Made by a program: the position numbers and the translations under genes. Below are positions 34,577 to 43,530 of a stretch of 64,000 nucleotides of DNA, one piece after another. The stretch's first letter is position 1. Each line of letters begins with the position of its first letter. The notes beneath the pieces are model-generated. The model worked only from the letters and a program-made list of their open reading frames with translations. It was not told the DNA's origin and made no database searches. Origin of the DNA: Candidatus Rokuibacteriota bacterium (GTDB lineage: Bacteria; JAUVQV01; DATDCY01); assembly GCA_031406795.1 (NCBI GenBank), contig JANOHV010000262.1, forward strand, positions 723-64,722, given 5' to 3'.

Positions 34577-35575
34577 ATGACCCATCTGCGGCGGGTTTTC
34601 GTGCTGGGCAGCAACTCGTTTTCGGGGAGCGATTTCGTCGACCTGCTCCTCGAGCGCGGCGGCTACGAGGTCCACGGGGTCAGCCGCTCGCCCGAGAAGT
34701 CAGCGCTCTTCCTGCCCTACCTGCGACGCGCGGGCGCCCCGTTCACGTTTCACCGCCTCGATATGAACGGCGACCGCCCGCGGCTGCTGTCGCTGCTCGA
34801 TCAGCTGCAGCCGGCGTTCGTCGTGAACTTCGCGGCGCAATCCGAGGTGGCGCCGAGCTGGGAGCACCCCGAGCAGTGGTTCCAGACGAACGCGGTGGCC
34901 CTCACCGGGCTCGTGCACCACCTGGCGCGCCGCGCCTGGCTGCGCCGCTACGTGCACATCTCCTCGCCCGAGGTCTACGGCGCCTGCGTCGGCACCGTGC
35001 GCGAGGACGCGCCGCTGAACCCCTCGACCCCGTACGCCGCCTCCAAGGCGGCGGGGGACCTCTCGATCTTCACGTACCACAAGCAGTACGGCTTCCCGTA
35101 CGTGATGATCCGCGCGACGAACGTCTACGGCGCCCACCAGCAGCTCTTCAAGATCATCCCGCGCGCCTTCATCAGGATCCGCCGCGGCGAGCCGATCGAG
35201 CTGCACGGCGGCGGCAGCGCGGTGAAGTCGTACATCCACATCCGGGACGTCTCGCGCGGCGAACTCGCGGCTCTGGAGTCCGGCCGGCCCGGCGAAATCT
35301 ACCACCTCTCCCCGGACGCCGGGATCAGCGTGCGCGAGCTGGTGGGCCGGATCTGCACGCTCTCGGGCGTCGCATTCGCGGCGGCGACCCGCGACGTGGG
35401 CGAGCGCCCGGGGCAGGATGCGGCCTACGTGATCGACTCCGCGAAGGCTCGGGCCGAATTCGGCTGGGCGCCGCGCGTCGGGCTCGACGAAGGGCTCGCC
35501 GGGGTGCGCGACTGGATCGACGCGAATTGGGCCGCGATCGAGCGCGAACCGCACGAGTACCGCCACCAGCCGTAG
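34577..35575 (+). CDS. NAD-dependent epimerase/dehydratase (extended SDR)
   Basis: In-frame part of track ORF 34346-35575; ATG 34577. VLGSNSFSGSDF Rossmann motif and YAASK catalytic YxxxK. Confidence 0.85.
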   Translation: MTHLRRVFVLGSNSFSGSDFVDLLLERGGYEVHGVSRSPEKSALFLPYLRRAGAPFTFHRLDMNGDRPRLLSLLDQLQPAFVVNFAAQSEVAPSWEHPEQWFQTNAVALTGLVHHLARRAWLRRYVHISSPEVYGACVGTVREDAPLNPSTPYAASKAAGDLSIFTYHKQYGFPYVMIRATNVYGAHQQLFKIIPRAFIRIRRGEPIELHGGGSAVKSYIHIRDVSRGELAALESGRPGEIYHLSPDAGISVRELVGRICTLSGVAFAAATRDVGERPGQDAAYVIDSAKARAEFGWAPRVGLDEGLAGVRDWIDANWAAIEREPHEYRHQP

Positions 35576-35579
35576 CCTG

Positions 35580-36188
35580 ATGCACATCGGGCTGGATTTC
35601 GACAACACGATCGTCATCTACGACCGTCTCTTCCACGGCGCCGCCCTCGAGCGCGGGCTGATTGCCGCCGGCGTGCCGCAGAGCAAGCGCGCGGTGCGCG
35701 ACGCGATCCGGCTGCTCCCCGGGGGCGAGAGCGCCTGGACCGAGTTGCAGGGCGTGGTCTACGGGCGGCGCATGGCGCAGGCCGAGGCCGCCCCGGGGGT
35801 GGAGGCCTTCCTTGCCGCCTGCAGCGCCGCCGGCGTCCGGGTCTCGATCATCAGCCACAAGACCGAGTTCCCGGCGCTCGGCGCGCGGGTGAACCTGCGC
35901 GATGCGGCGCGGGCGTGGCTCGCGGCGCGGGGGCTCCTCGCCCGCCACGGCATCGCCGCCGACGACGTCCTCTTCCTCGACACGCTTGCCGAGAAGCTCG
36001 CCGCGATCGCCGCTCGCGCCTGCACGCACTTCGTCGACGATCTCATCGAGGTCCTCGGGCACCCGGCGTTCCCCCCCCGGGTGGAGCGCATCCTCTACGC
36101 CCCCGTGGGCGGCGAGCTTCCGCCGGGCGTCATCGCGTTCGACACCTGGGAGAGCATCCGGGGCCACCTGCTCGGGGGGAGGCCGTGA
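35580..36188 (+). CDS. HAD superfamily hydrolase (candidate sugar-phosphate phosphatase)
   Basis: ORF track 202 aa. N-terminal LDFDNT (DxDxT) motif. Confidence 0.7.
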   Translation: MHIGLDFDNTIVIYDRLFHGAALERGLIAAGVPQSKRAVRDAIRLLPGGESAWTELQGVVYGRRMAQAEAAPGVEAFLAACSAAGVRVSIISHKTEFPALGARVNLRDAARAWLAARGLLARHGIAADDVLFLDTLAEKLAAIAARACTHFVDDLIEVLGHPAFPPRVERILYAPVGGELPPGVIAFDTWESIRGHLLGGRP

Positions 36189-37204
36189 CGCCGTTGCCCG
36201 GGGGCGTCCGCGAGGCGCTCGAGCGGGCGTACGGCGAGACGGTGAGCGCCGCGCACTCTCGCGCCGCCGGGGCGAACAGCGAGGTCTGGGAGGTCGCGAC
36301 GGCCGCCGGGGCGCGGTATCTCGTCAAACGCTATCCGCCGGCAAGAGCGGGGGAGTCCGATCGCCTCGCCACCGAGTGCGCGGCGCTCGCCTTCATGGCC
36401 CGGCACGGGGTGCTCCCGGTGCCCGCTGTCGTCTGCACGCTCCCGGCGGCGCGGGTCGGGATTTTCAGCTTCGTCGCCGGGACGCCGCTCGAGCCGGGCG
36501 ACGTCGGGGAGAGCGAGGTGGCCGCGGCCGCCGGTTTTCTCGCGCGGCTGCACGGGCTGCGCGGCGCCGCGCGCGCCCGCGAGCTGCCGGTGGCGAAGGA
36601 GGCCTGTTTCTCGATCGCCGCGCACGAGGCGCTCGTGCGCGCGCGGCTGGCGCGGCTGCGCGAGGGGGGGAGCTGCTCCGGCCTGCGGGATTTTCTCGAC
36701 CGGGACCTCGCCCCGCACCTCGAACGCGTCGGTGCCTGGATCGGCGCGACGGCCGACGCGGGCGCGGTCGACCCGCGCGCCGAGCTGCCCGATGCCGCCC
36801 GGACGTTGAGCCCGTCGGATTTCGGTTTTCACAACGCGCTGCGCCTGCCCGACGGGACCCTCGTCTTCATCGACTTCGAGTATTTCGGGTGGGACGACCC
36901 GGCGAAAACCGTGGCCGATTTCCTGCTCCAGCCCGCCGTTCCGTTGCCGGAGCGGCTCCGGGGCCCCGCGTGCGTCCGGCTAAGCGGCATCTACGGGCCG
37001 GAGGCCGATCTCGACTGCCGGCTGCCGCCGGTCTACGCGCTGCTGTCCGTCAAGTGGTGCCTGATCGTCCTGAACCCCTTTTTGCGTGCCGCGCCGGAAG
37101 CCGCCGCCTCGGTGCGCTCCGAGCGTCTGGCCCGGGCGCGCGGCCTGCTCGGTCGCGCCCGGCGCGAGTTCGAGTCCCGGGCGTTCCCATTCGCTGGGAT
37201 TTGA
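36185..37204 (+). CDS. phosphotransferase (APH/choline-kinase-like kinase family)
   Basis: In-frame part of track ORF 35915-37204. GTG 36185 overlaps the upstream TGA. Motifs DFGFHNAL and FIDFEYFGWDD. Confidence 0.7.
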   Translation: MTPLPGGVREALERAYGETVSAAHSRAAGANSEVWEVATAAGARYLVKRYPPARAGESDRLATECAALAFMARHGVLPVPAVVCTLPAARVGIFSFVAGTPLEPGDVGESEVAAAAGFLARLHGLRGAARARELPVAKEACFSIAAHEALVRARLARLREGGSCSGLRDFLDRDLAPHLERVGAWIGATADAGAVDPRAELPDAARTLSPSDFGFHNALRLPDGTLVFIDFEYFGWDDPAKTVADFLLQPAVPLPERLRGPACVRLSGIYGPEADLDCRLPPVYALLSVKWCLIVLNPFLRAAPEAAASVRSERLARARGLLGRARREFESRAFPFAGI

Positions 37205-37210
37205 ATTAGC

Positions 37211-38089
37211 ATGGCGCCCGCAATGATCGGCCCACAGGCGAAACGAGGCGAGAGCCGGGCGGCGTTGGATGCGCGCTCTGCGCACCTGCGCCGCGCGATC
37301 CTCGACGTGGTCCGCAGCGCCCGCCGCGGCCACGTCGGGTCCGCGTTCTCCATCGTCGAGATCCTGCGGGTGCTCTACGACGAGATCCTGCGGGTCGACC
37401 CCGCCCACCCGGACCGCCACGACCGTGACCGCTTCATCCTGAGCAAGGGGCACGGCTGCCTGGCGCTGTACGTCCAGCTGGCCGAGCGGGGCTTCTTCCC
37501 GCGCGAGGCACTCGCGAGCTTCTGCGAGGACGGGTCGCTGCTCGGGGGCCACCCGCAGGCCGGGAAGGTCCCCGGGGTGGAGGCCTCCACCGGGTCGCTC
37601 GGCCACGGCCTGCCGGTCGGGGTCGGCATCGCGCTTCACGGCAAGCTCACCGGCCGCGACTTCCGCACCGTCGTGCTGCTCGGCGACGGGGAGTGCAACG
37701 AGGGCTCCGTCTGGGAGGCGGCCCTCTGCGCCGCCAAACACCGGCTCGAGAATCTCGTCGTCCTGGTGGACTACAACAAGATGCAGTGCTACGCCGCCAC
37801 CGCCGAGGTGCTGGACCTGGAACCCCTCGCCGCCAAGTGGCGCAGCTTCGGTTTCGCCGTGCGCGAGGTCGACGGGCACGCGCTGCCCGCGCTGCGCCGC
37901 GCGCTGCGCGCGCTGCCCTTCGCGGCGGGGCGTCCGTCGGCGCTGATCTGCCACACCGTCAAGGGGCGGGGGATCGCGCGGTGCGAGGGCAACCCGCACT
38001 GGCACCACAAGAGCCGGATCTCGGACGCCGAGCTCGGCGAGCTCGAGGGCGAGCTCGAGGCCGGGCGCGACGGGAGGTGCGCGTCGTGA
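37211..38089 (+). CDS. transketolase, N-terminal (TPP-binding) subunit
   Basis: ORF track 292 aa. HVGSAFSIVEIL, LSKGHG and GSLGHGLPVGVGIA motifs. Confidence 0.9.
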   Translation: MAPAMIGPQAKRGESRAALDARSAHLRRAILDVVRSARRGHVGSAFSIVEILRVLYDEILRVDPAHPDRHDRDRFILSKGHGCLALYVQLAERGFFPREALASFCEDGSLLGGHPQAGKVPGVEASTGSLGHGLPVGVGIALHGKLTGRDFRTVVLLGDGECNEGSVWEAALCAAKHRLENLVVLVDYNKMQCYAATAEVLDLEPLAAKWRSFGFAVREVDGHALPALRRALRALPFAAGRPSALICHTVKGRGIARCEGNPHWHHKSRISDAELGELEGELEAGRDGRCAS

Positions 38090-39021
38090 GAAAGGCCTGT
38101 CTCGAGAGCATCCACGAGCTCGCGCGCCGCGACCAGCGCGTGCTCTTCTTCGGCTCGGACATCGGCGCCGGCACGCTCGAGGGCTTCCGCACGGAGTTCC
38201 CGGCGCGCTTTTTCATGGAGGGGGTTTCGGAGGCGAACATCGTCGGGGTCATGTCCGGCCTCGCGATGAACGGCTGGATCCCCTACCTGAACACGCTCGC
38301 GGTCTTTTTGACCCGGCGCTGCTACGAGCAGACGCTCCTCGACGCGGCGATGCACCGGCTGCCCGTGCGCCTCTGCGGCAGCGGCGGCGGCGTGGTCTAT
38401 GCGCCGCTCGGGCCGACCCACCTGGCATTCGAGGACCTGGCGCTGATGCGCGCGATCCCCGGCATGACGATCCTTGCCCCCTGCGACGCCGGGGAGATGC
38501 GCCGGCTGATGGCGCAGACCCTCGACTGGGAAGGGCCCGTCTACGTCCGCCTCGCCAAGGGCGGCGACGCAGTCGTCAGCGACGCGGCGCTGCCCTGCCG
38601 CATCGGGCGCGGCGTGCTGATGCGCGGCGGCGCCGACGCGCTGCTGGTGACCACCGGCATCACCGCGCAGATCGCGCTGGCGGCGCACGCGCAGCTGGCG
38701 CGGGACGGGATTGCCGCGGGAGTGCTGCACCTGCACACCGTCGCGCCGCTCGACACGGCGCTGCTGCTCGAGAGCGCCGCCGGCGTGCGCGCCGTGGTCA
38801 GCGTCGAGGAGCACAACCTCACCGGGGGGCTCGGCAGCGCGGTGGCCGAGGTCCTCGCCGAGGCGAACTTGCCGCGTGCGCCGCGGTTCCGGCGGATCGC
38901 GCTCGCCGACGGCTTCCACCCGGAGTACGGCTCCCAGGCGAGCCTGCTGCGCCGCGGCGGCGTCACGGCCGAGGCGGTCGCGGGCGCCGTGCTGACGCTT
39001 CTCGAAACGAAGGAGGGCTGA
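38086..39021 (+). CDS. transketolase, C-terminal subunit
   Basis: In-frame part of track ORF 37693-39021. GTG 38086 overlaps the upstream TGA. Pyrimidine-binding and C-terminal domain pattern (FFMEGVSEANIVGVMSGLAMNGWIPY). Confidence 0.9.
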   Translation: MRKACLESIHELARRDQRVLFFGSDIGAGTLEGFRTEFPARFFMEGVSEANIVGVMSGLAMNGWIPYLNTLAVFLTRRCYEQTLLDAAMHRLPVRLCGSGGGVVYAPLGPTHLAFEDLALMRAIPGMTILAPCDAGEMRRLMAQTLDWEGPVYVRLAKGGDAVVSDAALPCRIGRGVLMRGGADALLVTTGITAQIALAAHAQLARDGIAAGVLHLHTVAPLDTALLLESAAGVRAVVSVEEHNLTGGLGSAVAEVLAEANLPRAPRFRRIALADGFHPEYGSQASLLRRGGVTAEAVAGAVLTLLETKEG

Positions 39022-39683
39022 TGGCCTACGTGGATTTTCTGTCGGCGATTCACACGAGCACGAAGCGCGATTACCTGGCGCGCGTCAACGAGTACCCGAA
39101 GGCGGAGGCGATGAAGATCGCCCGGCGCTACGACCAGGAGTACTGGGACGGCGACCGCAAGTTCGGCTACGGCGGCTACCGCTACGACGGCCGCTGGCGC
39201 AAGGTCGCCCGCGCGATGGCCGACCACTACGGGCTCAAGGCCGGCGACCGCATCCTCGACGTCGGTTGCGGCAAGGCCTTTCTGCTGCACGACCTCACGC
39301 TCGAGGTGCCGGGCGTCGAGGTCGTCGGCATCGACATCTCGGCGTACGGTATCGCCCACGCCAAGGAGGAGGTCCGTCCGCACCTGCAGGTCGCCGACGC
39401 GAAGCAGCTGCCCTTTCCCGACAAGAGCTTCGACTTCGTCTACTCGATCAACACGCTGCACAATCTCTACGCCTTCGACATGGTGGCGGCCGTCAAGGAG
39501 ATCGAACGCGTGAGCCGCCGGCACAAGTACATCGTGGTCGAGTCCTTTCGCAACGAGGAGGAGCAGGTGAACCTGATGTACTGGGTGCTCACCGGGCGCT
39601 GCTTCCTGGCGCCGGTGGAGTGGGACTGGTTCTACGGCCTCGCCGGCTACACCGGCGACCACTCCTTCATCTACTTTGAATAA
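39021..39683 (+). CDS. class I SAM-dependent methyltransferase
   Basis: ORF track 220 aa. ILDVGCGKAFL motif. ATG overlaps the upstream TGA and is preceded by AAGGAGGG. Confidence 0.85.
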   Translation: MAYVDFLSAIHTSTKRDYLARVNEYPKAEAMKIARRYDQEYWDGDRKFGYGGYRYDGRWRKVARAMADHYGLKAGDRILDVGCGKAFLLHDLTLEVPGVEVVGIDISAYGIAHAKEEVRPHLQVADAKQLPFPDKSFDFVYSINTLHNLYAFDMVAAVKEIERVSRRHKYIVVESFRNEEEQVNLMYWVLTGRCFLAPVEWDWFYGLAGYTGDHSFIYFE

Positions 39684-39827
39684 GCCGATGCCGCTTCATC
39701 GGCCTGCAACTGCGTTGCACTCCTCGTGCCGTCCTGCGACGTACGCTCGTACGTCTCGGCCATCACTCGTCGTGCGCCTTGTTTCGGCTCAATGCTGCGA
39801 CATCGGCGGGCAGATTCAGGTGCTGCG

Positions 39828-40856
39828 ATGAAGGCGGCGATCCTCGTCGAGTCCGGGAGGCCGCTCGTGGTGGCACAGTTAGAGCTGCCGGAGCGCCTCG
39901 AGTACGGCCAGGTGCTCGTGCGGGTGCACGCGAGCGGGATCTGCGGCTCCCAGATCGGCGAGATCGACGCCGTGAAGGGGCCGGACAAGTTCCTGCCGCA
40001 CCTGCTCGGGCACGAGGGGGGCGGCGTCGTCGAGGAGATCGGCCCGGGAGTGCGCTTCGTCAAGCCGGGCGACCGCGTCGTGCTGCACTGGCGCAAGGGC
40101 CGGGGCATCGAGTCGCCGACGCCGCGCTACCGCTGGGGCGACCGTACGGTCAACGCCGGCTGGGTCACGACCTTCAACGAGCGCGCCGTCGTCTCCGAAA
40201 ACCGCGTGACGCCGATCCCCGACGACATCGACTTCGGCGTGGCGGCCCTGCTCGGCTGCGCGGTCACGACCGGCCTCGGGGTGGTCGTCAACGACGCGAA
40301 GCTGCGGATCGGCGAGTCGATCGCCGTCTACGGCGCCGGCGGGGTCGGCCTCTCGGTCGTGCAGGGGGCGGCGCTCGTTTCGGCCTGGCCGATCATCGCG
40401 ATCGACCGCGACGAGGCGAAGCTGGCGATGGCGAAGGCCTTCGGGGCGACCCACGTGATCAACACCGCGACGGGCGGCACCGCGGAGCAGGTGCGCGGGA
40501 TCGCCGGGGCGGCCGGCGTGGACGTCGCGGTGGACACCACCGGGGCGGTCGCGCTGATCGAGGAGGCCTGGGGGGTGACGTCGGCGCGGGGGCGGACCGT
40601 GCTGGTCGGGGTGCCGCGGGCAGGCGAGCGCGTGCGGATCAACACCCTGCCGCTGCACTTCGAGAAGCGGATCGTCGGCTCGCACGGCGGCCAGGCCGAG
40701 CCGGCCGAGGACATCCCGCGGTACGTGAATCTCGTGCGCCAGGGGCGACTGCGCCTCGCCGGGATGATCACCCACACGTTCGCGCTGGATCAGATCAACG
40801 ACGCGGTAGCGCTGATGCGCGCCGGCGGGGGCGGCCGGTGCCTGATCAAGCTGTGA
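39828..40856 (+). CDS. zinc-dependent alcohol dehydrogenase (MDR family)
   Basis: Track ORF 39726-40856; ATG 39828 (MKAAILVE). GHEGGGVVEEIGPGV and GAGGVGLSVVQGAAL motifs. Confidence 0.85.
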   Translation: MKAAILVESGRPLVVAQLELPERLEYGQVLVRVHASGICGSQIGEIDAVKGPDKFLPHLLGHEGGGVVEEIGPGVRFVKPGDRVVLHWRKGRGIESPTPRYRWGDRTVNAGWVTTFNERAVVSENRVTPIPDDIDFGVAALLGCAVTTGLGVVVNDAKLRIGESIAVYGAGGVGLSVVQGAALVSAWPIIAIDRDEAKLAMAKAFGATHVINTATGGTAEQVRGIAGAAGVDVAVDTTGAVALIEEAWGVTSARGRTVLVGVPRAGERVRINTLPLHFEKRIVGSHGGQAEPAEDIPRYVNLVRQGRLRLAGMITHTFALDQINDAVALMRAGGGGRCLIKL

Positions 40857-41641
40857 GCGCGGGCGCGGCGCCGGCGACTCCGGCCCCGGCGCCCCGGTCC
40901 CCGGGCCTGGGCGTCGACAGCATCCCCTACGGCTGCGACATCAGCTTCTTCGTCCCCGCCCTCAACGAGCAGGACCTCATCGTCCCGACCCTCGAGACGC
41001 TGCTCGGCGCGCTCTCGCGCTTTCGCCACTCCTACGAGATCATCGTCGTGGACGACGGCTCGACCGATGCCACCGCGGCCCGGGTCGGGCAGTTCATCGC
41101 CGCGCATCCCGGCGAGCCGGTCCGCCTGATCCGCAACCCGGCCAACCGCGGGCTGGGGCGCAACTACGTCGACGCCGCGTTCGTCGCCACCGGCCGGTAC
41201 TACAAGCTCGTCTGCGGCGACAACCCGGAGCCGCAGCACACGATCGAGGCCCTTCTCGCGCACCTGGGCGAGGCGGACATCATCACCCCGTACCTGCGCG
41301 CCGACCCGCGGGACTGGCAGCGCCGGCACCTCTCGGTGCTCTTCACGAAGCTCGTCAACCTGGTCGGCGGCTACCGGCTGCGCTACTACAACGGGACGGC
41401 GATCCACCTGCGCTACAACGTGATGCGCTGGCACTCGGACACCTACGGCTTCGCGTTCAACGCGGAGATTCTCACGCGGCTGCTCAACGAGGGGGCGAGC
41501 ATCATCGAGGTGCCGATCGACGTCGTCGAGGCGCCCGGCAGGACATCGCGCGCCTTCAGCTTCCACAACATCCTCTCCGTCCCGCACAGCCTCCTGCAGA
41601 TCTTCCTCCGTCGCCTCCGCCGCGCACTGTTTCACGTGTAA
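40853..41641 (+). CDS. GT2 family glycosyltransferase (DPM1/GtrB/CsbB-like)
   Basis: In-frame part of track ORF 39779-41641. GTG 40853 overlaps the upstream TGA. DISFFVPALNEQD, IIVVDDGSTD and NRGLGRNYVDA motifs. Confidence 0.8.
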   Translation: MSAGAAPATPAPAPRSPGLGVDSIPYGCDISFFVPALNEQDLIVPTLETLLGALSRFRHSYEIIVVDDGSTDATAARVGQFIAAHPGEPVRLIRNPANRGLGRNYVDAAFVATGRYYKLVCGDNPEPQHTIEALLAHLGEADIITPYLRADPRDWQRRHLSVLFTKLVNLVGGYRLRYYNGTAIHLRYNVMRWHSDTYGFAFNAEILTRLLNEGASIIEVPIDVVEAPGRTSRAFSFHNILSVPHSLLQIFLRRLRRALFHV

Positions 41642-41734
41642 CCTGACCGCGTAACCTGGACGGCGCGCTTGCGCCGGGTCTGCCGGCGCTGCTCGGCGCA
41701 GCGCGTCTCCCCTGTGCTATTCTTTCGACAGACC

Positions 41735-43510
41735 ATGAATTATCGTGCCCTCGTCGTCGTGCTGGGGTTGATCGCCCTGGCGGCATTGGTGTATGCGCCC
41801 GCGGTGCACCACGGCTTCATCTCTCTCGACGACGAGGTCTACGTCACCGGCAATCCGCCGGTGCAGGCCGGCCTCACGGCAGCGGGTGTCCGATGGGCCT
41901 TCTCGTCGTTCCGGGCCGGCTTCTGGATTCCCATGACGTGGCTTTCCCTGATGGCCGACGCCACGATCTACGGCGGGTGGCCGGGGGGGTATCACCTGAC
42001 CAACCTGCTCCTGCACGCGGCCGGGGCTGCTTTGTTGTTCCTGGCACTTCGCTCGCTGACCGGCTCCACCTGGCGAAGCGCGGCGGCGGCGGCCCTCTTC
42101 GCGGTCCACCCCATCCACGTGGAGTCGGTGGCCTGGGTCACCGAGCGAAAGGACGTGCTGGCGGGAGTGTTCTTTATGGCGACCCTGTTGGCCGCGGACC
42201 GCTACGCGCGACGGCCGGGCCGGGCGCGCTACCTGGTGCTGGCTGGGCTTTTCCTCCTCGGCCTGATGTCCAAGCCGATGCTGGTGACCCTGCCGTTCGT
42301 GCTGCTGCTGCTGGACTGGTGGCCGCTCGGGAGGTTCGTCCCGGGCGCCGCTGTGCGCCTCCTGGCTGAAAAGCTGCCGCTCCTGCTCCTGTCGATCGGC
42401 GCGTCCGTGATGACCCTCGTCGCCCACCGACACGTGCAGGGTCTGGTCTCGGTGGAGAGCATTCCCATAGCCGCGCGGGTGACCAACGCCCTGGTTTCGC
42501 CAGTCCGTTACCTGCAAAAGCTGGTACTGCCCTGGGATCTCGCGCTTTACTATCCGCACCCCAAGGAGGCGCTGCCGCTCCTGACGGTGGCGGGAGCGGC
42601 GGCCCTGCTCGGGCTCTTCACCTGCCTCGCTCTTGCCGGCAGGAGGAATCGGCCGTTCCAGGCGGTCGGGTGGCTCTGGTTTCTCGTCATGCTCCTCCCG
42701 GTCATCGGACTCGTGCAGGCGGGGGGTCAGGCGCTGGCCTATCGCTTCGTCTACCTGCCGCTGATCGGTGTCTACCTTGCGCTCACCTGGAGCGTCGCCT
42801 CCTGGCCGCCGGCCGGCAATGTGCTGAAGCGGCTTCTCCCCGTGGCGGCCTTCGGGGTGATCGCGGCCCTCGCCGTGGGCGCCAGGGCGCAACTGCGCTA
42901 CTGGGAGGACAGCGTCGAGCTCAGTCTCCACACCATCGCCCTGACGGGCGACAACAGTTTCATCCGTCACAATCTCGGCCTCGAACTCGTCCGCCGGGGC
43001 CGCTACGCCGAGGCCGTCACCCACCTCGCCGAGGAAGTCCGCATGGTGCCGCGATCACCGGAGGCGCGCACGGCGCTTGCCATGTCCCTGCTGCGCGCCG
43101 GGAGAATCGAGGAGGCCAGCCGGCAGCTCGAGATCTCGCTTCAGCTCGATTCGAAGAATCCTGAGACCTTGTTTCTCGGGGGCGTCCTGCTGACCAGACA
43201 GGGCCGGTTCGCCGATTCGATTCCGTGGTTCTCCCGCACGCTCGCCCACCGTCCCGACCATGCCGACGCGCGCTACAATCTCGCTCGGGCGCTCAAACTC
43301 GCCGGGAGAACGCCGGAGGCGGTCGAGGCCTATCGGAACGCGGTCCGGCTTCGACCCTCGGACAGCGATGCCCGGCTCGAACTGGGAGCTCTTCTGGCCG
43401 GTCTGGGCCGGTTCGACGAAGCGGCCGAACACTATCGCGCCGTGCTTCGGAAGAAGCCTGACAGCGAAGCGGCCCGGACCGGGCTGCGGGAGATCGGCTT
43501 TGGACGCTGA
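41735..43510 (+). CDS. TPR-containing GT-C membrane glycosyltransferase, DUF1736/PMT-like
   Basis: Track ORF 41669-43510; ATG 41735 (MNYRALVVVLGL). Motifs FWIPMTWLSLM, HPIHVESVAWVTERKDVL, LLLLDWWPLGRF, AYRFVYLPLIG, and 5-6 C-terminal TPRs. Confidence 0.8.
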   Translation: MNYRALVVVLGLIALAALVYAPAVHHGFISLDDEVYVTGNPPVQAGLTAAGVRWAFSSFRAGFWIPMTWLSLMADATIYGGWPGGYHLTNLLLHAAGAALLFLALRSLTGSTWRSAAAAALFAVHPIHVESVAWVTERKDVLAGVFFMATLLAADRYARRPGRARYLVLAGLFLLGLMSKPMLVTLPFVLLLLDWWPLGRFVPGAAVRLLAEKLPLLLLSIGASVMTLVAHRHVQGLVSVESIPIAARVTNALVSPVRYLQKLVLPWDLALYYPHPKEALPLLTVAGAAALLGLFTCLALAGRRNRPFQAVGWLWFLVMLLPVIGLVQAGGQALAYRFVYLPLIGVYLALTWSVASWPPAGNVLKRLLPVAAFGVIAALAVGARAQLRYWEDSVELSLHTIALTGDNSFIRHNLGLELVRRGRYAEAVTHLAEEVRMVPRSPEARTALAMSLLRAGRIEEASRQLEISLQLDSKNPETLFLGGVLLTRQGRFADSIPWFSRTLAHRPDHADARYNLARALKLAGRTPEAVEAYRNAVRLRPSDSDARLELGALLAGLGRFDEAAEHYRAVLRKKPDSEAARTGLREIGFGR

Positions 43511-43530
43511 CCTCGCGGACCCGCCGCTGG

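Noticed and set aside
39684-39827. Hairpin GCCGATG-ccgctt-CATCGGC right after the methyltransferase stop
   Set aside because: No downstream U-tract. Possibly an attenuator or RNA-processing site, but not supportable as a terminator.
41642-41734. Direct repeat GTAACCTG x2 and hairpin GCGCTGC-tcggc-GCAGCGC upstream of the TPR-GT gene
   Set aside because: Short, and could be chance in GC-rich DNA. No T-tract after the hairpin. Noted as a possible weak regulatory site but not reported as a feature.
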